Made by a program: the position numbers and the translations under genes. From Tubiluchus corallicola (taxonomy: Eukaryota > Animalia > Priapulida): a stretch of 64,000 nt of DNA. A model generated the notes under the pieces. The model ran no database searches. It saw only the letters and a list, made by a program, of their open reading frames with translations, and was not told where the DNA came from. The DNA is taken from the NCBI GenBank assembly GCA_030141605.1, contig JAQGDQ010001070.1, positions 1,475 through 65,474 of the forward strand, written 5' to 3'. Below, piece after piece: positions 51,660 through 64,000 of the stretch. Within the stretch, counting starts at the first letter, position 1, and the number at the start of each line of letters is the position of its first letter.

Positions 51660-54600
51660 GGTCGTCGTCGAAACAGCGATACTTAGCAGCAACCATAAAA
51701 CTCCCCATCTTAGAAGATATTTTACTTTTCTCTTTTCCACGAAGAGTGGGATGAGGGAAATCGTTCAAATTGCAAATCAGCTAGTTACTTCATCATCATC
51801 ACTATCATCGTCATCATCATCATCATCATCGTCGTCGTCGTCAACATCATCATCATCATCATCATTACCAAAATAATTTAACAGCTTGTTGTCTTGTTGT
51901 TTGTGATTCGTTACCTGATAAACAACAATCGGATTATATCATCGTCACAGTAGTCAACACCACCGTCACCATCACCGCTATCGCCACTGCCAAGAACACC
52001 ACTACTGCTAATACTCCCACCACTGTCATCACCACCACTACGGTAGTACAAGCATCACACAACTACCACCACAAGCAGCAACATCGTTGTCACCATCGTC
52101 ATCATCATCGTTTTTACTAATACAAACTGTTATACTTCTGTGATAAAAATGTCACCTGTTTAAATGTCAGAAGGTCAAAGTGTAAAAATGAAAAAAATGT
52201 TTAGAGACCACTCAAATGTTACGAACAACAATTATGTTATTGTTTGCTTTTAAACAACGAATACCAAACAACAGGGGCGGGACTAGGGGGAAGCGAGGGG
52301 GGCGCCCCCCCCCCAGTCAAAATTTGCGCGCGCCCCTGCAAAATCGGACAAATAATTTTTTTGCAGTGAAAATTGCAGTTCGCATGTAATCATTTTCAAT
52401 ATGAATTAGAATAAGGTAAAAAAATGTTTGGTAGCTTCAGTGTGCGTGCAGACAAAACTCAGTGTGCATAGAGGTGCCTATCACAGTGTAGGCCTACAGG
52501 GACCACATAGAGGTGCCTATCACAGTGTAGGCCTACGGGGACCACATAGAGGTGTCTATCACAGTGTAGGCCTACAGGGACCACACACAGTCACAGGCTC
52601 TACACACAGGCCTACACAGCTATAGGATGCTGGTGTAGCAGCGGTACCATGCTGAAATTTGAGACTTTTTGAAAACTTTAGACTTGTTTGTCCAAGGAAG
52701 TATCGTTCCACATTTCATTATGACATTATTTCCTGCGTATTATTTTCTTAAAACTTGTGTGTGATGAATTTCTGTAAATAACAATTTAGTTAGAGGCACA
52801 TTAATAACGTTAGGTTAACTGAGAGTTAATTTTCTCATTATTGCTCTGTCCGCTACGCCGTCCTACACACATGCTAATTATAGGCCTGCATGCAGTATAT
52901 AAGGGGTTAAAATTGGCTTAACCATTATTTAACCACTTCGGATACCTCGCCCTCCCAGAAAATTTTTGCGCCCCCCCCCCTGCTTGCCACATCTAGTTCC
53001 GCCCTTGCCAAACAACGATCAAAAACTATAAAGTCCTGCTTTTACATCAATCGCTTACAATATGTCTTACTTTTAGCTAAATCTGTTAAAAGTTATTCTA
53101 TTGAGTAAAGACGTTCTTTATTAAGCACTTTATTGTTATAACATTTCATTCAAGACGTGAAACGATATGACTCAGCCAAGAAGAGGTACCCAGGACACAA
53201 ACAATTTCTCCAAGATGTTATTCTCACACAATATCAGAATAGTGTCCAGTCTGGAATCTCAAGCATTCAAGGTAAGTCATACCGTATGAGCTAGAGAGAA
53301 TTGTTTGCCAATTCTAGAGAACTAAAGTATTTCATCCACCGAATTTAAGCGCTTTCAATTTAATAGCTTTCTCAGGCTTGGTATAGAGACTATTAATGTT
53401 GAAGTTGACAATGATTCAGTGCTGCACCATGGTTAGTGGGTTGTGATTCAGTGCTGCACCATGGTTAGTGGGTTGTGATTCAGTGCTGCACCATTGTTAG
53501 TGGGTTGTGATTCAGTGCTGCACCATGGTTAGTGGATTGTGATTCAGTGCTGCACCATGGTTAGTGGGTTGTGATTCAGTGCTGCACCATGGTTAGTGGG
53601 TTGTGATTCAGTGCTGCACCATGGTTAGTGGGTTGTGATTCAGTGCTGCACCATTGTTAGTGGGTTGTGATTCAGTGCTGCACCATGGTTAGTGGATTGT
53701 GATTCAGTGCTGCACCATGGTTAGTGGGTTGTGATTCAGTGCTGCACCATGGTTAGTGGGTTGTGATTCAGTGCTGCACCATGGTTAGTGAGTTGTGATT
53801 CCGTGCTGCGCCCTGGTTAGAGGGTGACTAAGTTGATATCGTCTGGTGCACCGGTGAAAAAAACTGCTTTTATAGGTTAAGTTTTTATTTGGCTATCAGT
53901 ATTACAAGGTTGGAAATAGTTGTAGTATAATGAAATAATTCAGGTTTTTTATTATTGTGGATAAAATCTAATGTTCTAATGCTTTATTTTCATAATAGGA
54001 TTAACGCCAACCTGCTTTGACGTTGAAGTTGACACAGGTGATTCGGAGGGAATGATGGTCAATTTCCCAACAGATTCTGTCAACAACATAATGGAGTTGG
54101 AGAATGTTATAGAAACTGACTTGGATCAAATAACAACGTGCATGGTAGGTGAAGTCATGATCTGAACAGCGTGGCATTTGTTTTAGTTTTTCAACTTCAT
54201 TCGAACGTATGTCTTATGTGATTTTCGAGAAACTTTGTGGAAAATTCCTGGTAGATTTAGTGTACACTTACTTGTGTTTATTCAGCTGTTGGCTACCATG
54301 ACAATGGTACTGTTACAACTGTATTAATAGTTTAAATATAGTTTATTTTGTTCAGATTAGACGACAAAAAAGTAGCCTAAAAAGTGACCTTTGAAACTGT
54401 TTCGAACGTCCTGGAAAACACCCTGGAATGTACAATAAATACAAGACTGTACGATTGTACAGTTTAGTACTGTTTTATGTTGATGTACCTGGATTGCTAT
54501 CTAGTATAAATAACGAAATACACCAGCGTGTTGCCGAACTACTTTATTTACAATGCGTTCTAACGCATTAATACATGTTTTTAATTCGATGTTTTTATCG

Positions 54601-57600
54601 AAGCAACAACAATAGGGTTTACTGAAATAATATATAATCACTATCTAAGCATATCATTACATGTAAACAACATAGTCAAGGTCGCTTTGACAATAATATA
54701 TAACGATAGTGATAGCGAATATACTTATCTTTCACAAGTAAGAAAGAACATGATAGATCAAAGTCTGTCACAAACTAAGCAAATCTTAACACTAGCACAA
54801 CTTTCAGTGATACCACAACCGGAGAGCAACATTCACTCTCCAAGTCCCAAACACCAGTCTCACCGAAAAATAGAGTTTTCTCGCTTATAACAGAAATTTT
54901 GCGCCTAAGGCACTAGTGGTGGCTCGACGTAATGTTTTTATAAGATACCCAACATCGCCTTACAGAATAGGGCATTTATCTGGAATTTTGGAGTGCCGCA
55001 ACTTGTTTGCGTTGTGTATGCATTATTATTTATCATATACCGACAGTGCTTTATTATTAATATGAGCATACAATATCTAGTTACTTTCTCCAGGGCTAAC
55101 TAAGGCGCACATTTGCTCAGCTCTGTGAAATATGTGGTTTACCATTATCACTGACTAACGGCCGTACCAATCCCCTAGCCTGTGTACTATTACTTGAGTT
55201 CATTATACAAACTCCAATTTGAGTGAACAGAAAGAGTTAAACAAAATTTCAAACCAGTTGTGCAGTTTTTGAAAAGCTCAACACAACACTAGGGCGAAGT
55301 AGAGGAGAAAGTTACTGAGTTTCTTACTTAACCCTTTCAGTCCCGAATTATTTTTTTAATAAGGAAAATTTTTTTCGCTTGGTACTTTGTTCAGCATGTC
55401 CATCTTGTTTACGCATAATAATTATTTTTTCAACCTGTGCCCGTGTGCTAAATATAGCCTGTATCCCACGGGATACATTGGGATTCAATGGAAGCATAAA
55501 ATGTGCTTCATTTTGCAACTGTTGATAATTTTTTAAAGTATTTAAGACATTTAGTATGCATGCTATGCTGAGCTGTACAAAGTCATCTCTAAAGTATTGT
55601 ACCTTGTGCAGTTTTTTGTGCTATGTAGATTTTCTAGTTTGCCATTTTATCACCATTTTTAGTCTGTTTTTATTGGCTTAAATCAAAATAACTATTAACA
55701 GATCAAATAACTGCCAATTTTATTAATTTTAAAGGCAGAAAACATTCTCGTATCCCACGGGATACAACGGGTATGAAAGGGTTAATTGAATTGTTAAGTA
55801 ATTTGATGTTTCACGGTTTGCAATTTTCAGCTTATAGGTGCTTTTACGGACATTTTGCCTACAGATTTAAAAAATAATTGCCATTTGTAATGTGATGATG
55901 TCTTGTTATCATAAAAAGAGAAGAATGCAATATTTTCATATCATTGTTTCTTCAGTGGGTACAGACTACGTATCCTGAAAAATTTGCACTCATCGGATAT
56001 GCTGCAGACCCTGGAAACAACTTTGCTAATCAGTATGATCTGGTCTGTGATGGAGATTCTCTGGTATTTTATATTCAAAACCAAAAATCGTAAGTTTTCA
56101 CCAGCGTTTCTTTAAGTAATGTAAAGCAGAAAATGTCTGTTCAGTACGAAGTGATAGATGGATGTACGTATGTATGTATGTATGTATGTATGTATGTATG
56201 TATGTATGTATGTATGTATGTATGTATGTATGTATGTATGTATGTATGTATGTATGTATGTATGTATGTATGTATGTATGTATGTATGTATGTATGTATG
56301 TATGTATGTACGTACGTATGTATGTATCTATGTATGTATGTACGTATGTATGCATGCATGTATGTATGTACGTATGTACGTATGTATGTATGCATGTATG
56401 TATGTACGTACGTATGTACATATGCATGTATGTATGCATGGATGGATGGATGGATGGATGGATGGATGGATGGATGGATGGATGGATGGATGGATGGATG
56501 GATGGACGGAGGGAGGGAGGGAGAGACGGACGGACTGACAGAGAGACAGACACACAGACAGACAGATAGATAGATAATTTATTGACATAAGGGCGATAGG
56601 GCCGATCAAAACAATAAAAAACATTTGGTACAATAGATTACACCCATGTTCGTGTAAATTTAGTCACTGCACATTGCATTACAGTGTTTTGTGGTTGCAT
56701 AAAACAAATCGATTTTTCAGTTTTAGTTAAAGCATTAAAAGTAGGAACATACTGAGAAACGGTGTCCAACATAAAGTTACGTGCACGGTTATGTCTTAAG
56801 CAGTACAACAAAAATGGCATTTATCTTCAACAACATTGCAGACATTGCAAACTCGAATTTCACGTGGAGTAGGTGGTCTTACATATCTACCAGTTTTAGC
56901 CGCCAACGATGAGCACTGGTTCTAAATTTTGTCAAAGCTTTTCTGTCCTTAATATTCCTAACAGTTTCTAAATAAGTTTCCACTTCAAAATTCTGTTTAA
57001 ATAATCTATACAAAGATAATTTGTTCATAGAGTTTTAAGACTCTTTCCATGATAAAAAATAATTTGTTTGCAGTCTCATTTCTGAAAGATATACAGTAAT
57101 AAAATCACGCGGTGCTAATGTTATGTTTTAACAAAAACGCATATTAATTTGATGTGAAATACTTTTGGAGTAACACAATCCGCTTTCATTACATTTAAAC
57201 GTTATTCTAGATCACTCAAGTATAGACAAAATAAAATTGGTGAAAGTGTACACCCTTGCACAACACCTTGATTTACTAGAAAACTCTTTGCGAAACCCCG
57301 TATCCGTTTTTACACAACTAACTGTACATTTATATATTCGGGTAATTATTCGCAATATTCTACCTTTCAAACCAAGGTGATTTTATCGTTATTACAGTAT
57401 AGTCAACTTTACTGGGTTGCAATTTAAGTTATTAATGCTAATGCTGTTCGCATGTTTTTAGGGCCCCAAACAATTTGTGTGAATCTTTGAGGGATGGAGA
57501 ATGGCACTTGGTGTGTGGATCTTACGATAGTACCAATGGCGATTGGTCTGTTTCCCTTGATGATGGCGTGCCACAAAGTAAAATATCGCACCAGTTTACT

Positions 57601-60600
57601 TTTAAAATATGAGGCTTGTTGCCTTTAATGCATGCATAAAGATTTTTGGCTTAGGGGCAAATTTTTTTATTGTCAGGAACTTTCGCCCTAACGGTCATCA
57701 TCCCTGAATGGACTATAATGAAAAGTACGACTATAATAGGCTGCAGTACAAGCACAACTGTTTTCATTATACTCCATTCAGGAATGAGGACCGTTAGGGC
57801 GAAAGTTTCTGACAACAACAACAATAAAATGTTTTTGTGACTAAGAAAAAGCATTCAGTTTTTTATTCCTGCATTGTACTTATATTGTTATTTCAGTTTA
57901 AGTGATACAAAAAGCGTGATGGCGTGATTTCATTCTGGACTTTAGCAATATTCCATTGTCATCTTAAAATATACCTGTATTCTCCAGTATTAACGTACAT
58001 CCCTGTATATCCCAGCCGTGTAGGCCAATTTTCGTTATTTTCACATCCATTTTAGGACGGGTTTAGGCCTAGACGAATTTCTATCTTTCTCATTTTTTAC
58101 ATAATATATTTATTTTCTTACACATTGAAAGTTTCAGAGTGTAAGATATGAAATCTGCTATTTCGTTCGTTCTCAGCGGAATCTATTAGCTAAAATACAG
58201 ACGAATTAATTACTGCTGGATTGTTTTGCACCACCCTCTTCAAGTCAAGCAATATGCACTATCTTTTATGTTTTCGCCTGTTGTTACTTTGCATTAATAA
58301 TATTAATTGCAATTTTTGAAGACATTATATGGGTATTAATGTACCCTCCATTCACAAATTAACCAAAAATAAGAAAGGAAATTTAAAGGGTATAGTAGTG
58401 GCATTCATCACTTGGTGACTCCCCCATTTATTTGCGAAACCGTAAATTGCGAACTAAAGATGCTTTAGCAAACTGTAAAGTGTTGTTACTAGAATAGTGA
58501 GTAATAGACCTCATAATTAGTTATGGAATCGTTTTCATGTGCAGTAGGCCTATGCTTTTTATACACATGCTGGACTTAGTGTCTACTTAGAATAACATCC
58601 TAAAGTGCTGAGTTGTTTTTGGCTGTAGTTCTTCATCTTAAAGTTAAACCTTAAAGTTAAAGTTTAAATTTAAATTTCTTCGTAATTCGTTCATGCAGGC
58701 CTAGATATATACAATTATACAACGGCATAATTAACTCACAATTTTACTCATCCTGATCTTAAGTTACTAACAAAACTTATTTTGTGCTAATGTACGTTAT
58801 AACTGATGAAAATACTATGTAATGTTAATTGTCAATTGTTTCACTTATCTGGAGGAGGACTCGAAAGCTCAATGCTCCTTCCTCCTCCTCACAGTAACTC
58901 GCTTAGTTTATTTACTTATTTTTTCCAATGTAATATCAATTTGTATGTATGTTAGAGTTGCTGTGGAATAAATTCATAATTCGTGCTAATCACAACAATA
59001 AATGTCTGAGATATTCTATATTAAAAACATGTAAACATTATAGACCATTTTCTCGTGTTTACAGCTGGAACTTTCACCAGTAACCCAGGACCAATAATAG
59101 GTGGAGGAGAATTCCTGATTGGACAAGACCATGATGCTCCATTTCCTCCTTCAAATATTAATCCGCAGTACAGCTTTGTGGGCATGGTGACCGGCATCAT
59201 AGTAGATGACAGCATACTACCTACGGAAACTATTGGTATGTAGTTGCAAGTTTTATTATTATGCCTTGCTTTTAATATTGTTTCTTAAATATTTCTGCAT
59301 GAGAAAAACTTTGGGAGCAAAAACTTGAATAAACTTAAGAACAATTTCTCATACAAGCCAAACCGGAGGCAGTGCAACATTTGAAATGGCAGTAAGAGAT
59401 TAAAGGATAACAAAAGAGGTATCTGAAGTAAGTTTCAGACAAATCGCCCTAAAAATTATATTACTTTATAGAAATTTTATGGATATATCGTATTCGCGTT
59501 GAAAGAATTTTTTGTTTGTTTTCATTTCAAATCTCCTGCAATACTGTTTCGACGGCGCCATTACATGACGTCATATACCAAACGTAAATCAGGGGAAGAA
59601 AAGGAAATGTTAGATTATGACCCAAAAAACTTTCCATGCAAATCTATATTACTTACCATTGCGCTTACCTACTGGAAAGACTTATGTAACTAGACTAATA
59701 TCTTAAAACGTTAGTGCAAATTAGTAAAATGTCGCTGACTCACCCTCCAGGGTGCGCCACTCACTAACCAAAAACATATCTTTAATCTTATTGACAAGAT
59801 ACAGTAATGTAAAATTTTACTTACTTAGCAACATGTGAGCTACGAATGCTCTGATTATTTTTTAACACTTTACTCAGTGTCATCTAAACTTGTTTCAAAC
59901 GACCTACTATTAAAATGGCTGCCCCTAACGGTCATCGCGGGAGTTTAAATTTACACGTTTTATTCAGCATTACTGCTGATGCAAGCCCGGCATGCAAAAA
60001 GGCAGTATGTAAGAAGCATAAAATTTTAAGACGAATTTTTCAACCTTTATGTAATTGAAGGGTGAATGTTGCAACATTTCTACAGTTTGCTTAGAAGTTC
60101 CGTTATTCTAATGTTGCGTTTAACTGTGTTTATCTAGAAATTAGTCATTCGATCAGTTATGATCAAATTTAATGAGTTTACTTTGCTTTAATCTGCAGGA
60201 TTACATGTTAAAATTTGTAAGTAATTGACATTAATTGTATAAATAATTAATTTACAGATTTTTGTTGACTTAGATACGCATGTAAACTTGCCAGCACGTA
60301 GTGGGTACCGGGCTGGTTACTTAGTTTATAAAATTCGCTCTATAAGTTAAAAAAAATCTGAAGCACATGGCGGGATAAGTGTTTATATTGCACCGAAACT
60401 GGATGACGCCATTTTTTCATCTAAAATGAGCGCCCCCAAGCGTAAAGAATCACGACTTTAAATTGATTTTGCTAATTACACGAGAGATGCTTATCACAAT
60501 TTTAATGCTGAAACTTTCTAACATTTTCTCAAATATTAAAATAAACTCAACTTCCCGAGAGACACTTCGCTTTTGCTTTAACACCGTCGGAATTACGTGG

Positions 60601-60940
60601 AGTAGAGATTTACAACTTCGTCCTCTTATGAACTGTTTCTCTTTCAGATTCAATATTCACTGCCTCGTCTTGTGTAACAACTGATGAATCTTATCTTTTC
60701 AACTGGGGAGAAGACCAGGTGAGGTACGATAATTTGGCGGAGGAACCATCTACATGTTTAACGGAAGAAGCAACGACGGAGACGGTGTGTGCGCTCACTG
60801 AGGATCAGCTCAATACTCTGTTTGATTTTTTCATTTCCAACGCGAGGCAAACGTCTCAGATTATCGACATTTTATTTAACGAAGTTAACCAAAATGCTAA
60901 GAAATTATCCTACCTGTATAAGCAGCGCCGTCGATGGTAA
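50195..60940 (+). CDS. Secreted pentraxin-domain protein, 8 exons, about 364 aa
   Basis: Exons 50195-50212, 51344-51443, 53155-53271, 53999-54144, 55956-56089, 57462-57577, 59065-59235 and 60648-60940 are all GT-AG and phase-compatible (1095 nt). Signal-like [14 protein letters not shown]; pentraxin motifs [39 protein letters not shown]...YLFNW. The first three exons are less certain. Confidence 0.8.
51558..51866. repeat. (CAT)n trinucleotide tracts
   Basis: Two tracts at about 51558-51670 and 51790-51866. Confidence 0.9.
52272..53007. mobile_element. hAT-like non-autonomous element with an internal 39-bp repeat (3 copies)
   Basis: caggggcgggactag ... ctagttccgcccttg; perfect 8-bp TSD ccaaacaa. 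Confidence 0.85.
53413..53822. repeat. 32-bp minisatellite, about 13 copies
   Basis: gattcagtgctgcaccatggttagtgggttgt. Confidence 0.95.
55332..55781. mobile_element. piggyBac-like MITE
   Basis: TTAA|ccctttca ... tgaaaggg|TTAA; gtatcccacgggatac near both ends. Confidence 0.85.
56155..56576. repeat. Compound tetranucleotide microsatellite (TATG, GATG, GAGG, GACA/GATA)
   Basis: Direct reading. Confidence 0.95.
56577..57075 (-). mobile_element. Degenerate 3' end of a non-LTR retrotransposon ORF2 (RTE-X-like CCHC region)
   Basis: With frameshifts the minus strand reads [47 protein letters not shown], followed by the microsatellite as tail. Confidence 0.75.
57670..57815. mobile_element. Small hairpin-shaped element (MITE-like), ~55-bp arms
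   Basis: ttgtcaggaactttcgccctaacggtcatcatccctgaatggactataatgaaaa ... ttttcattatactccattcaggaatgaggaccgttagggcgaaagtttctgacaa. Confidence 0.75.
59404..60577. mobile_element. Old Kolobok-like non-autonomous element (TTAA-flanked)
   Basis: TTAA|AGG ... GCT|TTAA; segments match about 51010-51309 (rc), 17270-18810 (rc), 37190-38200 and 41300-41488. Superfamily inferred from TTAA and purine ends only. Confidence 0.55.
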
Positions 60941-61670
60941 CGAAGTTGTCGAAATTTTTGCTGTCATGTCCGCGCCAATAAACCTTTTCACAGTTATGCG
61001 CACGCGCAGTTGCTATAGGTCAAAGGTTGAGTGTATCACAGCAATGCGTCTTAACTGCAATCGCTAGGTGACGTGTGGGTATAACAAAGCCGTCTGAAGC
61101 ATCAATTCAGTAACTTCACAGGAATTTTACTTAATTATTCATTAGTCCGTGCGTAGAGTGACTTACTAGCATGATTTTGCTTGGGAACAAGAAAAAATGA
61201 ACTAGGTAGGGTTCTAGCTAGCTGTTAAAACTGTTATTATCACAATAGTATGGGCTGCTAGGCGTTGTCAAGTGAACACTTGACCTTTGACCTTTTCACG
61301 ATCATCATCAATCGTTGGAACTGTGGAAAGACTTACAGGCGGACTGATAATAGCAAATTACATATAATTTTAGTGCAATCGCTTGGTGTGCGCTTAGCGA
61401 GTGCAGTAAGCAACGCTAAGCAGGGTCAGTAGATGGAGAGGTGACTGCAGGAAAAAACTGCTTTGTGGTTTGGCTAAAATTTACATCCGGGTATTTATAC
61501 CTGTTTGACGAAGGACGTTCGTATATTAACGTGATTAAGATACTTAAGTCGATTCAATTCAGCTACGTTTATTCTACAATAAGCGGGCTGTCCATTTTTA
61601 CTGCTAACAGGCCTGCAGTTTCTCGAATTACGTAAGATGGTACGTAAGATTCTAACAAATATTATTATTA

Positions 61671-64000
61671 TTATGTACCTCCCTATTTGCTGCATTATGT
61701 ACCTCATATTTGCTGCATTATGTACCTCCCTATTTGCTGCATTATGTACCTCCTTATTTGCTGCATTATGTACCTCCCTATTTGCTGTATTATGTACTTC
61801 CCTATTTGCTGCATTATGTACCTCATATTTGCTGCATTATGTACCTCCCTATTTGCTGCATTATCCTCCTTATTTGCTGCATTATGTACCTCCCTATTTG
61901 CTGTATTATGTACTTCCCTATTTGCTGCATTATGTACCTCCCTATTTGCTGCATTATGTACCTCCCTATTTGCTGCATTATGTACCTCCTTATTTGCTGC
62001 ATTATGTACCTCCCTATTTGCTGCATTATCCTCCTTATTTGCTGCATTATGTACCTCCCTATTTGCTGCATTATGTACCCCATATTTGCTGAATTATGTG
62101 CCTCCTATTTGTACGCTATACTGCCTCTATTTACCATATAACACCTCATATTGCTACGTATGTGTATCATATTTGCTGCGTGTACCTCTGTTGCTACATT
62201 ATAATACCTCCCTGTTGTACATTATGTATATATATTTGCTGAATTATATTTATCATGTTGCATTATGACTCCTTATTTGCCATTTTATACTTGCCTCATG
62301 TTGCATTTGACTATATTGCCTCATATTTGCCATTATGTGCATATCATATTGTAATATGTACCTCATATTTTGTAGTGTGACATATATCCCCTATTGCTGC
62401 ATTATGTACCTCCCTATTTGCTGCATTATCCTCCTTATTTGCTGCATTATGTACCTCCCTATTTGCTGCATTATGTACCCCATATTTGCTGAATTATGTA
62501 CCTCCCTATTTGCTGCATTATGTACCTCCCTATTTGCTGCATTATGTACCTCCTTATTTGCTGCATTATGTACCTCCTTATTTGCTGCATTATGTACCTC
62601 CTTATTTGCTGCATTATGTACCTCCCTATTTGCTGCATTATGTACCTCATATTTGCTAAGCTATCACACCTCCCTTGATTTAACATTAATAATACCTCTA
62701 TTTGCTGCATTATGTACCTCCTTATTGCTGCATTATGTACCTCCTATTTGCTGCGACTATGTACCTCATGTTGCTGCGTTATCTTACCTCATATTTGCAT
62801 TATATACCTCCTTATTTATACATTCTGCATACCTCCTTATTTTTGCATTATCACTCCTATTTGCCAGGTATGCAATGGTACTAGTAATTAGTAATGTAAA
62901 CCACTAACTAATGCATATTATGGGGTATATTTCCTTTGTTGCATATCCAAATCCATCTAATTTAAATAGCGAAAACGATTTTATTACGTTAATAATGCAG
63001 CAAATAGGGAGGTACATAATGCAGCAAATAGGGAGGTACATAATGCAGCAAATAAGGAGGTACATAATGCAGCAAATAGGGAGGTACATAATGCAGCAAA
63101 TAGGGAGGTACATAATGCAGCAAATAGGGAGGTACATATTCAGCAAATATGAGGTACATAATGCAGCAAATAGGGAGGTACATAATGCAGCAAATAAGGA
63201 GGATAATGCAGCAAATAGGGAGGTACATAATGCAGCAAATAAGGAGGATAATGCAGCAAATAGGGAGGTACATAATGCAGCAAATATGAGGTACATAATG
63301 CAGCAAATAGGGAGGTACATAATGCAGCAAATAGGGAGGTACATAATGCAGCAAATATGAGGTACATAATGCAGCAAATATGAGGTACATAATGCAGCAA
63401 ATAGGGAGGTACATAATGCAGCAAATAAGGAGGTACATAATGCAGCAAATAAGGAGTTACATAATGCAGCAAATAGGATTGGTTGTTTTGTTATGCAGCA
63501 AATAGGGAGGTACATAATGCAGCAAATATGAGGTACATAATTCAGCAAATATGAGGTACATAATGCAGCAAATAGGGAGGTACATAATGCAGCAAATATG
63601 GAGGTACATAATGCAGCAAATAAGGAATTATAGTATAATGCAGCAATAGGAGGTATAATGCGCAAATGGAGTTCATAATGCGCAAATATTAATGCAGCAA
63701 ATAGGAGGTACATAATGCAGCAAATAGGGAGGTACATAATGCAGCAAATAAGGAGGTACATAATGCAGCAAATAAGGAGGTACATAATGCAGCAAATAGG
63801 GAGGTACATAATGCAGCAAATAGGGAGGTACATAATGCAGCAAATAAGGAGGTACATAATGCAGCAAATAGGGAGGTACATAATGCAGCAAATAGGGAGG
63901 ATAATGCAGCAAATAGGGAGGTACATAATGCAGCAAATATGAGGTACATAATGCAGCAAATAGGGAAGTACATAATACAGCAAATAGGGAGGTACATAAT
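61671..64000. repeat. 24-bp satellite in two inverted blocks (about 61671-62870 forward, about 62992-64000 reverse), running off the window
   Basis: attatgtacctccctatttgctgc and its reverse complement. Confidence 0.95.

Noticed and set aside
51357-51876. Poly-Met, poly-Asp and poly-Ser ORFs
   Set aside because: (CAT)n tracts inside the pentraxin intron

Overview
AT-rich, intron-containing animal genomic DNA, probably an invertebrate; a lophotrochozoan is plausible but not demonstrable here. I assembled seven protein-coding genes by hand from splice sites and reading frames; identities come from remembered family motifs, not database searches. In order they are: the 3' end of an AtuA/DUF1446-family gene (+), a two-exon TOMM5 (-), an intronless TEX9 (-), LAPTM4 (+, 6 exons), an intronless DDHD1-type phospholipase (-), TMEM68 (+, 9 coding exons) and a secreted pentraxin-domain protein (+, 8 exons). 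Introns and spacers contain pogo/Tc1, hAT, piggyBac and Kolobok-like non-autonomous DNA elements, solo LTRs, tRNA-derived SINEs, a LINE 3' end and about 20 different minisatellites. No prokaryotic-type system (CRISPR, operon, phage) is visible. The most unusual signals are: (1) a TMEM68 intronic minisatellite whose unit copies the gene's own exon-2 splice donor; (2) a 349-bp near-perfect hairpin just after the AtuA stop codon; (3) a LAPTM4 exon/intron fragment copied into the TEX9 leader intron; (4) two intronless copies of normally intron-rich genes; (5) a divergent pentraxin with a dibasic-site pro-region; (6) one transposon family seeding several minisatellites.
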